Source: Epiperipatus broadwayi (lineage: Eukaryota > Animalia > Onychophora). From it: a DNA stretch of 64,000 nucleotides. Shown here one piece after another: positions 11,974 through 24,600 of the stretch; the first letter of the stretch is position 1; every line of letters starts with the position of its first letter. Location of the stretch: the NCBI GenBank assembly GCA_028023455.1, contig JAQFVV010000001.1:4030001-4094000 (forward strand). Direction: 5' to 3'. The notes under the pieces are model-generated. The model was not told the origin of the DNA. It searched no databases and was given only the letters and a program-made list of their open reading frames with translations. The position numbers were made by a program, and so were the translations under genes.

Positions 11974-14633
11974 AATTGTTTTATTATATTTATATTATTT
12001 GTTATTACACACACATATATATATATATAGGGAATTTGAACTCAGACTTTCAAGCACCCTTCAACTATCCACACTATCTCATACCATTAATTTACAATTA
12101 AGCTCCAGATATATGAAGAATGCCTGTATTTCAAATATTTATAGATATATAGTGAATTTTTATTTCTTTTATTTTTAGTTCTTCCCCCTCCCCCTCCACA
12201 TTTATATCTATCAATTAATCTAATTTGTTGGGTGCATTATGTAAAATCCTCTTCCTGATTAATTAATTTATTGTAACTTTGGTACTACCAATGTGAGGAA
12301 TTAGATGACCTTTTCTTTTCAAATATGGAGTTATTGAATAGATATATTGTTTTATTTATGTGTTTACTCATTTTATTTGTTGTCTGATTCATTTTTAAGA
12401 GAAATAAGCTTGTAGTGGTGGTTCACTCTGAAAGAGAAATAAATAAAAAAAAACAATAGATATCAGATGCATATGATTGCTTTATTTCCAAGCAAATAAA
12501 CTGCAAATGGTATAGGCTGGATAAATCATGATAATGACTACATCCTGGGACTTTTTAAATTTCTCAGTGATCTTACTGCACCTCTATAGGCTTAAATAAA
12601 AATGCAGTAATTTCCAAAAGTATATCTCTGAAAAGCAAAATCATTAAATTATCCCTCTACTGACAAATCTACAATGTGAATTTATTATTGATGATATCAT
12701 GTGAATGCCATCGCTAACCTTGATTATAGAGTCATTACCACCACATAACTAATCTACCCCACCCAATCACATTATTATATTTCATAATGCCAGCTTTATG
12801 CTACTAATTATCATAGGTTACAAGTAAAATAAATACCTGCTAGTCATGCATACTAATTTAAAATAAAGACATGCAAAAGCTTTGAACTCTAATCAAACAA
12901 ATAATTTAATGAAATAATGTTTAATCAAAAGTAAAAAAAAGAGCATTTTTCCAGATTAAATAATCTATTGGCACACACCCATTCTTATATTTAAAATACT
13001 AATTTTGAAATTAAAATATTTTTTATCATGCATCATCTAAAAAATATTTACATAGACAAAATTCTTATACTCTGTCAAAAGGGCATATTATACAAATATC
13101 CCAATTTACATACAGGAGAAACAAAGCATATGTTTTATGCAAAAGTCTACCACCATTTCTTTTCAATACTCTTTAGAAAACTGAAGTCTGACTTTGCTAA
13201 TACAAACAGTATTATGAGAAGAGAAACAAACTTTTGCAAATTTCACATATTTTTAAGCATAAAATATCATTTAAATAGACAACATAGTAATAAGTTTTTT
13301 AAAAATATAATTAAATTTAGTAATAAAGAAATTACAAAACTTAATTAAAATAAATAAAATATAAACAAATCAGATAATCCTCACCTAGGCTTGAGTTTTA
13401 GTGTTTCTGGAATGTTTATATAATTTTTTGTGCATTTTATGAGTTTATTTGAGCTCATGTGTGTACACAGTAGTTTAGTTGTAAAAGTTGAAATTGTTTT
13501 CAGTTCTGATAAACATGTTCCTTACACTGACAAATTTATTCTTCTTGGTTAAAGTTAAAATTCTATTAAAATTTTATTATTTCACATGGAAATTTTAAAG
13601 GAAGATATATTTAAAATCATGGGAAAGCTCTTTTGAAGGTCCAGCAGTCTATATCTCACCAGAATTGGTTGTAATTGGTACAACTGGTGGATGTAACCAG
13701 ACATTTTGGTGATTATATACACATAGACATAGAGAAGCATATACATGCTTTTATAAGTCATAGATTACTAGAATCATCACAATAGCTATTCATTAAATTG
13801 AATCCTAAAACTTGGCTTGCCACCAAGTTTATTTGCAAAAATGTTTTATGTGAATTTAGTGGGCAATCATTAAATTCTGGAGAATTAATTGAGTTTAATA
13901 TTTGAAACCATATGTTATATACTTTTTTAAACATATGATGCAACTGAAATCAAACATTAAAATGTTCAATAATCCCATATTTTTTGATTTACAATTTTAT
14001 TAATTAACTAAATGCATATTTTTGGCATATCTGTATATAAGCTTTATTATATCCTTCAAATATATTTCCTAAACTGTTTATCAGATTAACCACATTCTTC
14101 AACAATCTAATTCTAATCAATTAAAAAATATATTTTTTACAGTCTTCTTTTAAATCAAAATCATATTTTAGATATTATAAATTTTCATTCTTATAGACAA
14201 ATCATTATAAATTTTGAATGACATCATATATATTCACAAGCACTAAGATGTTTACAAATAATGGAGTGTATTCTAAACTTACAACATTTTAATAAAATTT
14301 TCACATTTGTAAATAATAATGATAAACTTTCAACCTTTTTTTACCTTTTAATATATAAATTGGTTAAAATTTATAGCATATACTTGTAATAAAATAATTG
14401 CATATTTGATAAATTGCACTTTCTTACTCTTCCAAATAAACAAATAAATCACATTCTTGCGTTGTCTCCTTTTGATATTTCTATTTAATAATGAAATGCA
14501 TATATCTACTTACTTGATTTTTTTTATTAATTCTTTAAGATTTTATAAATTTGTAATAAAAAATGTTGATATATTACTTGAAAAATGCTCATGTACGATA
14601 TGCAGTGTCTATACCATTACAATATATATATAT

Positions 14634-15557
14634 TGTGGTGATACAAGTTGGCATGTATGCAAACTACCTATATGATCACTAGCGGGTGCCACCAGACTGA
14701 AGCCTGGAACCAGACTCAAGGAATAGTCCCGTTAATCATTTTGAAAGAGCTGGTCTTAATTTATTTTTACTAGCAATCATATACATTGCAATATACTAAT
14801 CATTTATATAGACGAACATCCATCACAAACAAATGTTTTCTATTAACCCCTCTTTAACGAAATGAATTACTAATAATTGAGGAATAATGCTATGTTGATG
14901 AAGTAATAATTAACTTGAAATAATAATGTAAGTATTAGTTTAAAAAAAAACTTTTATTAATTCTACTTTTAATACAATCCAATGGAGTGATTCAATCCAT
15001 GTTTTAAGTCCTGCACAAATTAATCCCTTTCTCCACTTATAGCCTCTTATCATCAATTATTACAAAAATCTAAATCCAACTCTAAATAAACATTATATGT
15101 AGCATGACATATAACATTCTTGAGAGATATATGTGAACTGCCCAGATGACATTGAATCAGTAATATACAAAGAGAAAATATCAGATACCGATTAATGTAA
15201 GACAACACCAGGACATGAGCTAGCAAAAGTAATTAATCTAAACATAGAGATTAAAGAATTTAATCCTGCTAACAAGATCCATTTCTATTTTAAAAGAATA
15301 TGTCCTGGGCACACATATCAAAATGATATTAATTAGTAATAACAAATCTCTCTCCAACAGAGCTTATTTACAAAACTAGCGAATCTACAAGAGATCTTTA
15401 ATATGCACAATAGTATAAAATAACTATCTTTTAATCTGCATTAAAGATCTAATCTTGCTCCACTGAATGATATAATGATTAAATAATAATACAAAGCAAG
15501 TACGTGATAAACATAAAAAAATAAATTATATTTATACACGAGAGAACGAATTACACA
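14634..15557. mobile_element. Putative solo LTR / LTR-element remnant inserted in a (TA)n tract
   Basis: Segment starts TGTG and ends CACA, flanked by ATAT on both sides (14630-14633, 15558-15561); it is more CpG-containing than its flanks. It could also be two adjacent unrelated pieces. Confidence 0.45.
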
Positions 15558-16544
15558 ATATATATATATATATAGATTAAAACTTATTTGTGTGATGTGT
15601 TCATTGTTTCTAAACTATTACACTAATAGTTTTATTTTAACGAAATAATGAGTTTAATTGCATATTATTAGGCAGATCATATTTATCCAATCCTAAAACT
15701 GAGTTCATGTTTCTTTGATAAAGTCTGATGCTCACAAGTGGTATATGTCATGAGTTCATGCATTCATTTTTCATTTGGATGGCTTTCAAATTATTGTACT
15801 GGAATGTTGTTATGCACTTATATGCAAATTATTATTTTCAAAAGTCTACACTGAACATTGACACAATTCTCTGACTAGTTTAGTTCTTCGTCCTTTGGAT
15901 ACTGGATGTGGTGTTATGCTCCTGAAAATTTAGAGATGGCAATGGGAAAGTAATTTTCCAGGAGGAATCATGATTAAGCTTTTACAAACAAGGTAAAAAA
16001 ATGAATTTCTTTTGAAAATACTGTTCCTTTTTATGTCATCTCAAATATCCTCTTCTTCTTTCACTTGGTATTTTCTTGTTAAAACTTTTCCACTTTGGCT
16101 TCTAATTTTAGGAACATTTATAATACCCATGCATCAAGAAAATTTTTTCTTTCGCTATTTTGGCTCCCATTCTAATTTTCTTATGTGGGTTTTATCAAAT
16201 TATTGATTTTTTTTTACGTGCAATTAATTCATTCAATTTTATAAAATTTCTTACATTCTTTACTTATTTTTTCATATAATGAAGCATATGTTACCCCACC
16301 ACCACTATCATTAACATACCACAAGTATAATTAAAAATTTCAAATAGATCTTGATAACTATATATATGTATTTAGCATTACCGATCTATTTTTGACGTTT
16401 TTTATTAATTAAATAAATTTTATATGCAAACATAATAAAAATAGATATAAATAAAAATATCTACTATTTTATTATGATGTAGAAAAATACTACTTATATA
16501 TATATATATAGCTAATAATGATCAAGGCTAGACAGGTTTACAAA

Positions 16545-17445
16545 TGTAAATTCACTAAAAGCAGGCAATACCAATATCAATAACAGTCACCAATCAAAAT
16601 AAACCCTTTTTAATAATAAAAAATGCTAAATAAATCTCATTAAACAATAAAGATGGAAATCCATCTTTATTTATGATGCAACTTGACCACAAAAAGTAAA
16701 ATTATTGATACAAAGAAGTTTAAATAAACCTCATTAAACAGATAAATATAACCTGTTTTGAATTCACATTAATAAAGTCAATTATAACACTCAAACTATA
16801 ATGATAACTTTCAAACTGTAAATTCATTGAAAGAAGTCAACACTTAGGCAATATCAATAATACTCAACAATCTCAACCTGTTGTCAAGGCAACCTTTTTT
16901 TAACAATAAAGGTGAACAAAATACCAATAACAATCAACAATCCCAATAAGTTGCCAAGGAAACCTTTTTAACAATAAAGATGATCCATCTATATTATTAA
17001 AAAGTAGGTTACTTTGACAACAGACTGAGATTGTTGATTGTTCTTGACATTGGTATTATCTAAGTGTTGACTACTTTCAATGGATTTATATTTGCAAACT
17101 TAAATAGCCTTGAGCATTATTAGTTTTATTATTTAAGTAATACATTGATGGAGTGTAGTTTGAAAGTTATATTTGCAGTTTCAATGTTATAATTCACTAT
17201 TTGTTAGTTGTGAATTCAAAACAGGTTATATTTACCTGTTTAATGATGTTTAGTTTGACTTCTTCATAAAAATAATTACACTTTCTGTAGACAAGTTGAA
17301 ATCCTTAGTGTCTATATAAACATATTAAATCATAAATAAATATGGATTTCCATCTTTATTCTTAAAATGGAGGTCGACTTGACAACAGATTGAGATTGCT
17401 GATTGCTATTCATATTGATATTGTCTAAGTATTGTTTGCTTTCCA
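16545..17445. repeat. Fold-back element: long imperfect inverted repeat built partly from ~65-bp subrepeats
   Basis: Arm ~16640-16905 is the reverse complement of ~16997-17360 (e.g. AATAAAGATGGAAATCCAT; TAAATATAACCTGTTTTGAATTCACA; GTCAACACTTAG). Extra subunit copies at ~16565, ~16920 and ~17375. Confidence 0.8.
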
Positions 17446-18277
17446 TAAATTTAATTATATATATAATTCTTTTACGCATACATGATTGCATAAAAAAAAT
17501 ATAAGAATTTTGATTATACTATTTCAAAATTTAATTTCCACTTATTATCTAATATAAATAATTCTAATGATAATTTTTGAGCACCTTGTATTTACTTAGT
17601 TATGTATATAAATAAAATTCCATATAATAAATAAAATTTTAAAAAAATCATTACCATACTTGGATTTTAAGGTTCGTTTTCCCCTTGGGACCCTGGGTTG
17701 ATATTCTTTTTACTATAATGCATAACTGGAATAATTAATGCTTTGTTTTCTTTGAAGCTTTTTCTTGGAATGTGTGCAGTCTGATTCTATACCGATTGTC
17801 AGTTAGTGGTCTTTTAATTAGCAACTAATTTATTAAAAATTATTTATGGATGAAGAAATTATATTAACAATATTTTTTCTTTAAAATATCTTTGTAACAC
17901 ATAACCAACTGAGGTCTTCCTTCTAAAATAATTTGTGTATGTGTATATTTTTTATTTTTTTATATATAAATTAAATATATATTCCCACCACACCCATCCA
18001 TTATTAATGTTACTTAATCATTATATTGTGACTTATGACACTACTGTCTAAATCTATTTATTGGTCAATAAAAACTACATCATATTCTTGCCACATTGTT
18101 TTAAGAATATAAAGAATAGTAATGGCATTGAACTGAAAGTGGAACGGCAAAATCTTAATTGATTGTTTGACAGACTAATAATCTCATATGTGTTAAGAAA
18201 GGACATATCTGGAATAAGCAGAATATATATATATATAAATCTATTATTATAAAGTGCTGAAAATTTATAATTATTAA

Positions 18278-18714
18278 AGATAAAGTCAACCTCCAATAAT
18301 GCTCTATTTCTTGAATATTATAAATCTGTGTGTACTTGCCCGTGAGTAAGAGTTTTAAAAATTTTAATGAATCACTTAAAGTTTAGAGGGTATCTGTATA
18401 TATACCAACTTTTACTGATCATGGTTATATAAAGGCCTGAGCCTATTGTGGGCCAGATGTTATAATCCACTATTGAATTGAAATGAGATTGTTTCCTGCG
18501 ATAGGTTGACTAAATTTATACAATTCAATAGTAACATGAAGCACACTATATACTCAATCCTTGATATAAGCATGGACTGTAAGAGTTGGGGTATATATAG
18601 ATATGCTTTAAACTTAAATGATTCACTTAAGTTTTTAAACTCTTAATGACAGGCGAGCGTGCGAAAATTTACAATATTCAAGAACTAGTCCATTATCAGA
18701 GGTTGACTTCCTCT
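18278..18714. mobile_element. Near-palindromic MITE, Kolobok-like (TTAA TSD, AG termini)
   Basis: ~140-bp arms (18273-18415 / 18579-18719); TTAA|AGATAAAGTCAACC ... GGTTGACTTCCTCT|TTAA; the interior is also partly self-complementary. TTAA plus purine-purine ends is the Kolobok signature. Confidence 0.55.
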
Positions 18715-19199
18715 TTAATTAAATATATATATACATCTGGGTCTCATTTTATGCAGATTATTTTAATGCAATTTTGAAGTTATGCGATTCATATTTCTTT
18801 TTAATATCTTTCATATTTCACTATATTTATTAGATATCAAGAAATTTAAATTATTAATAACTTATTTTGATTTGAAATCCTTTTTTTTTTTCAAAAATAT
18901 AATGTTATATTGGCAGCTAACGTGAATATGGCCTGAAGCTGTATTTAGAACTTAGCTTCTATGTAAATAACCTATTTATACTAATGAGTAAATAATAATA
19001 ATAGATTTATACTTACATATAAAAATATCACAATAAATATTCAAAAAATTTAAACTTTTAAAACGTATTATGTTATGTATAATAGAAATAAATAATCTTT
19101 TAGATTGTTAAAATAAAAAATGAAGATTTTATAAACTGAAAATAATCTTTCTAATGATAATGTTTTGATTGCCATCTCATTTTTTAAATATAGAAACAG

Positions 19200-19400
19200 A
19201 AAACCATTAACACAGCACAAGACTGAAAATGGCGCTAGTTGTCCATCACATCACGAATAAAAATAAAGTGGCTTATCAGGTTTCTCTGTGCATAATTGCT
19301 GAGAGATTCTTCACTTCGTTTAAGGAGAAGCCACAATACATCACATCACATCGAATCTGATTTCTTATCAGTTTACAAATGAACGCTAGCGGTAATGATT
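19200..19400 (+). promoter_or_regulatory. Small CpG-retaining island with YY1-like AAAATGGCG and two CTTATCAG (GATA) motifs; overlaps a 43-codon ORF
   Basis: Six CpGs in ~170 bp against a CpG-poor background; AAAATGGCGC at 19226-19235; ORF 19229-19360. It may instead be a transposon end with subterminal repeats. Confidence 0.3.
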
Positions 19401-21626
19401 AAAATATGTATGAAAAATGTAAAATTAAATGCTGTAGTAATAAAAAAAGTGAAAAGTTTGTCTTGTATTAATATTTTTCAAATATTTGAAATTTTTTTAT
19501 TAGTCATACTTTATTTGCTTATTTTTTTTAATGCGAATTTTAAGTAATTTTTTTTTGTTGCTTTGCTTTTATGCGAATTCTGAAAATTACAGCACCTATC
19601 CCCCATTTTTCAAGGTAAATTAAGTCTTTTTTTGTGCAATTTTTTTTAATGCAGGTTTTCTGTGGAACCTATCTACTGCATAAAATTAGACACAGGTGCA
19701 TATATATATATTGTAACAGTATAAAATGATCAAATGGAAATGTTTAATTTTATATACTCCACAAATTGGGTAATGCTGAAATTTTTAATAGTATAAATTT
19801 GAAGTGATTTTATTTAAGCTCTAATAAGAAAGTAATCCAAAATTTACATTGAATGAAGCTTCATTTTATTAGTAATATTTATACATTAAATGAATATCAA
19901 TCTGATTGGATGCCAAAATTGTAATACACAAAATAAAATAATGTACAGTATTTGAAAATTTGTAACAGCTACTTTAACTATATCAGTGTCATTCCTGCCC
20001 AACAAATTTTTGAACAGACTCTAGCAATTAATATTTTTACTATAACACCATGTTTGATTTTTTTGTGCAATTAAATCTTTTTTACACATATTACAAAGTT
20101 AATTTATATACTATGTTATAAATATTTAAGTCTTCTAAAAATTAAAATATATTTTTAATTAATATTTTAAAATTATAAAAATAAATATTTAACTGAAAAT
20201 GTTATTGTCTTCATGATATCTATTCAAAATATTAGAAGAATCAAATATTAGATATTGGAATTTATATTATTAAAAAATGATATATTTAGAAGTAGTTATC
20301 ATCAAAAAAAAAAATTCTAAAAGTTAATAAATTATTAATTGTTATTAAAATATTTTACTTACAGATTTTACAAAAATAATTTTCTTTTTAGCCTGTAATA
20401 ACTGTTTCTGTACCAAATTCAGATTCTTTTAGCATACTTTCTATACATTCTAAGAGTTATCTTTTTAAAATTAAAATGTTTTCAAAGACCCCCCCTAATG
20501 ACATAGTCATTCACAAAAATATTGCGTCATAATCATTAACACATACTGAAAATCATGTTTTTGTGGCATTTAAACCACAGGGGGGAAAGAATCTAAAGCA
20601 CCAGCCAATTACAAATCATCTCCTTCATAGCTTTGTCATAACAATAGAATGTGCTGTTAATCCCAGACAAAGGTCTATATACTGCTGACATCTAATGGAA
20701 TTTTTAAAAATTAATACATTAAAAATGGAAGCTTCATAGAAAGAATTGCTGCAACCTGTTGCACACTGTAATTTAACATATACAATGCTTTAAAACAATG
20801 TAGAAATGTAGTGATAGTAGGCTCACTGTACTGCTAAAATGTTACATATGGTAGTGCTATCACAGCTTACTTTTATAAAAGACTTAAATAATAGTCTATA
20901 TTGGTATTCATTTATAAAATAACTATTTCATTATTATGTACTGAAATGTATATTAAAAATAAAGAATGAATAAAATTAACCACACATGCTTTAGGTTTAT
21001 TGCCTTAGTAAATATTACTTACATAATCAATGTGCATTAAATAAATTTATAATTAAACGTGATGATTATATAAAATTTATATCAAAAAATTATTGATTAA
21101 CTTTTATGTTTAAATAATACCAATTTATGTTTTTGATTTAATAGTTATTGAATTCTAACAAAATAATAAAATCTATATTTTTTCACTAATTAAACTTTAA
21201 ATGTTTGTAATTGCAAGAGATTTCTAATTATTATCTCATATACCTACCAAATTAAATAAGACTATTGACTCAAATTTAATAATCAACAATAATTTTACTT
21301 ACAAAATAAATAATAAGACATTAAATAATATGCTTTAATAGTTTAAATCAATGTATTATAAAATATTCTATTTGTTTTGACTATAACATGATGTTATGGC
21401 ATTACACATTTTAAACAACAAAGAAAATATTTATTTATTAGATGTCTACAATAGCCAATATATGTATACCATATAAAAGAAAATGATAATTTATCCCAGT
21501 TTGCCTACTGATCATTTATAAATGCACAACAATAAATTATTTAATAAAAAATTATTATAATTGCTTAAATATAAATTCAGAGTTATTAAAATTTTCTATT
21601 GGTTAATTATATATCTAATTGTTCAC

Positions 21627-22135
21627 TTACACAGCTTCACCTATTTAAATAGAAAGTAGTTTGAAGTAAAGAAGGGTTCCCTCTTTTCTTCCAAAGAGTA
21701 AGCTTGTGGTTTAAGACCTATAGAGGTCCCTACTATCACATTTTTATACGCATGTTCTTGAGGCTACAGCCTTAATAAATATTACTTACGTAATCAATGT
21801 GCATTTAAATAAATTTATAATTACAACTTTAAATTATTGTATAGATTTCTAACTATAAAATCTTTCCATTGACTCATTGTAAATCGAAAGATTTCACGAG
21901 TATTAATGTGTAATAAGAAATGTGGACTTAATCAGTGAAGTATTGAATAGCTTCATGCTCTCGGATCAAACCGCTTCAGCTTCACCTATTTAAATAGAAA
22001 GTAGGTTGAAGTAAAGAAGGGTTCCCCTCTTTTTTTCCAAAGAGTAAGCTTGTGGTTTAAGACCTGTAGAGGTCCCTACTATCACATTTTTATACTCATG
22101 TTCTTGATGCTACAGCTTTAATAAATATTATACAT
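21627..22135 (+). repeat. Two tandem copies (21627-21825, 21970-22135) of a short retroposon-like family; 3' fragment at ~20995-21056; further copy at 29215-29427
   Basis: Shared GGGTTCCC(C)TCTTTT..CCAAAGAGTAAGCTTGTGGTTTAAGACCT.TAGAGGTCCCTACTATC and a common 3' end TAAATATTACTTACATAATCAATGTGCATT(T)AAATAAATTTATA. Confidence 0.85.
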
Positions 22136-23849
22136 ATATATTAAATGCCATTTAAACACTACAGCAATTATAACACAAATAATTACATAAATAAAGCATA
22201 TAACCTTCTTGAACAGAAAATCCATAAAATAATATTTTAAAATACAGTAATCCCCAAGAGTGTATTTCTTTTTAAAATATCTGAAATTTATTTAACAAAT
22301 GGTCCTTAATGGTTCAAGCAATATTTGCATTGTATTTGATATTAAATAATTATTATTTTATCTTTTTTAAAAAATGATTGAATGGTCATTTATCAAATTC
22401 AAAATTATTAACCATTCAACAAATTATTATTATTATTATTATCATTGACAAAGTATTGGTTTCTTGCATACACATAGACATATATGTTAATTCACATAGG
22501 TCACTTTATAAACATTTTATAGCTTTTCTTCTATAATGCTTTTAAATAAATTCCATTTCTTTAGTTGTTTAAATAGGTACTTTTCAAAAGTCAAAGTTTG
22601 TCCTTTGGAGTAAAACGTTATCCTACTCAGCTTTCCATCATGCTATTAATATTAAACATTTTTCAATAAATATATTGAGATGGTATTTTCTGCCATCTCA
22701 TATATATATATGCATATTTTTTTATTTTATTAAAAGTGTGTATTTATTAGATTTTTTTAAAATAACAATTTTTGAAATATTTTTGAGTAGTTTTTTTTTA
22801 TCTCCAAGAAATCAAGAGTTTCTTCATTGTAATTATTTATTTAAATTCATTATAAGTCAAGATAAAAATAGATCTTGAGATTTATTTTTACTAAAAGTTT
22901 TTTTTTATTTAAAATTGTATTTCTTAGAAAGATGTGGGTTTGGGGAAAAAAAGTTAGATTGTAGCAATTAACTCTATCATTAAAACTTCAGATATTAAAA
23001 GTAGGCTATTTTGTAATCTATTACACTAATTAAACCAGAACTTTTTCCACTAGTTAAAAAAGAAATGACTATAAAAGGACAAAAAATAAAATAGTAAAAA
23101 TGGGTCTAAAAATAAAATTCTAGGTGTGAATCTGGTTCATGAAAAAAACGTATGAATTACAGAGTTTCCTTTTGTTTAACTACTTGGCAATTGGACTTGT
23201 ATATTGAAAGCACTTTGGAGAGAAATTGAAATATAATATTAAACAGTGGCAAGAAAATGTTCTCCAACTAAGGGACATCAGAACTTTCCCCTCAGGGAAT
23301 TACATCTCAGATCCACACCTGGAGCTACCTGAGTGAGCATCAACTAAGGGAATGAAGGATTTAGTGAGATAGCTGAGGAGATCAAAAAGAAAAACAAGGG
23401 AACAACAGAGGATTCATGCCAGCAGTCTCAAGAAACAAAAAAAAACTTCTAAGAATTTTGACCAACTGAAGAAAGTTGAGTGACTGATCGATCAGGGTAA
23501 ATATGAACTTTTATTAAAGAACTTTACATTGAACTGGTGTAATAGAATAGTATACTCCATTAACTTAAGTGTATAAAAAGGTTTTAACAGTAGAGACAGG
23601 TTTTAAGAGGTATTATTAATTTTACATCATTTGTATTAATTAAAAAGGGTGGTAAGTTTTTACATTACTAATTTTTTATTAATCAAAATTGTTTTTTTGT
23701 TTTTTTTCAGTATAATTTTTCTTCAATTTTTTTTTATTATATTCAAAATATGTGTACAAGAATAAATGTTAACTGCTCGATCTAGAAAGTCAAACATGGA
23801 GAGTGGAGGGAGATAAAAAGGTTAAATTAAGAGTTTCAACAATAAGTAA

Positions 23850-24600
23850 ACACAGGAACTTTATGTTAGAATATGGTGTTTGAAATAGGGGTGTTGTTTG
23901 ATGGCTGCAAGCAAACAGCAGACACTTGCACCATCCTTTAAGGCTTGCATTAATTATTTAATGTAAAAGGGAGAGGGTTTGAATGCTGTGTAATACTGCA
24001 CATTCTTATAGTAAGCCACCCTTGAGTTTCACATCTATTTGAACAGGGTTTCCATAATCAATTTGGGCCATTGTCATTGGTAGGATTTGTGACAGTGCAT
24101 GTTTTCTCATAAAAAGAATATACATTAAATTTTTGGACTGTATTTAAAAAAGATAAAGATTGAGTTTAAATTAACACTTGTATTTTGTTTTAAAATAGAT
24201 CAAGTCAGTTTAGGATCCATAGAAGGGAGAAATGGGAACATAGTAAGGAAAATGAATATAATAAATATTTAAAGTCTTTATTAAGTACCTTTGTTTTAAT
24301 TTAGTTTTAACATTAACATCTATTTTGTCTGTTGGTAAGATCATATAGTTTAATTATTAAAGTCTGCATAAGATTACATTTTTAAATTTATTATGTGACC
24401 ACAGTATGTAAACAAATTATTATTATGATCATTGAAGTTTCTTTTTGATTTAATGCTAGGCTATATCTCTAGTGGTGCTCTTGTATTGGTCATCATAATT
24501 TTAGTAATCTTAGGAAAATTGTGGACAATATCATTTGTAGTGGCACAATATATAGCATTTTGAAAATTTTGTTCTACAAAAATGCAGTACATGACTAAAG
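23850..24600 (-). mobile_element. Highly decayed Gypsy-type integrase relic
   Basis: Minus-strand fragments TNDNGPN (DNG motif, ~24065), WCKCLLFACSHQTTPISNT (resembles W..L..A..AYNTTPHS.T) and a ...NTRAPL segment after a Cys-rich stretch; several frames. Confidence 0.35.

Noticed and set aside
13028-13348. ORF with HTGET and FCKFHIFLSIKYHLNRQH, resembling C2H2 zinc-finger fragments
   Set aside because: No complete C-x2-C-x12-H-x3-H finger; such words arise by chance in AT-rich frames.
13383-13505. Possible minus-strand exon ending in AG|GTGAG
   Set aside because: Good donor only; the peptide is unrecognisable and there is no neighbouring exon.
15720-15900. Minus-strand CQCSV*TFE…KPSK*KM resembling a decayed C2H2 array
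   Set aside because: Too many stops at key positions to support a call.
19712-22134. TG…CA segment between (TA)n runs as a large solo LTR
   Set aside because: Flanks differ (ATAT vs TATA), and the right end is simply the 3' end of the retroposon copy.
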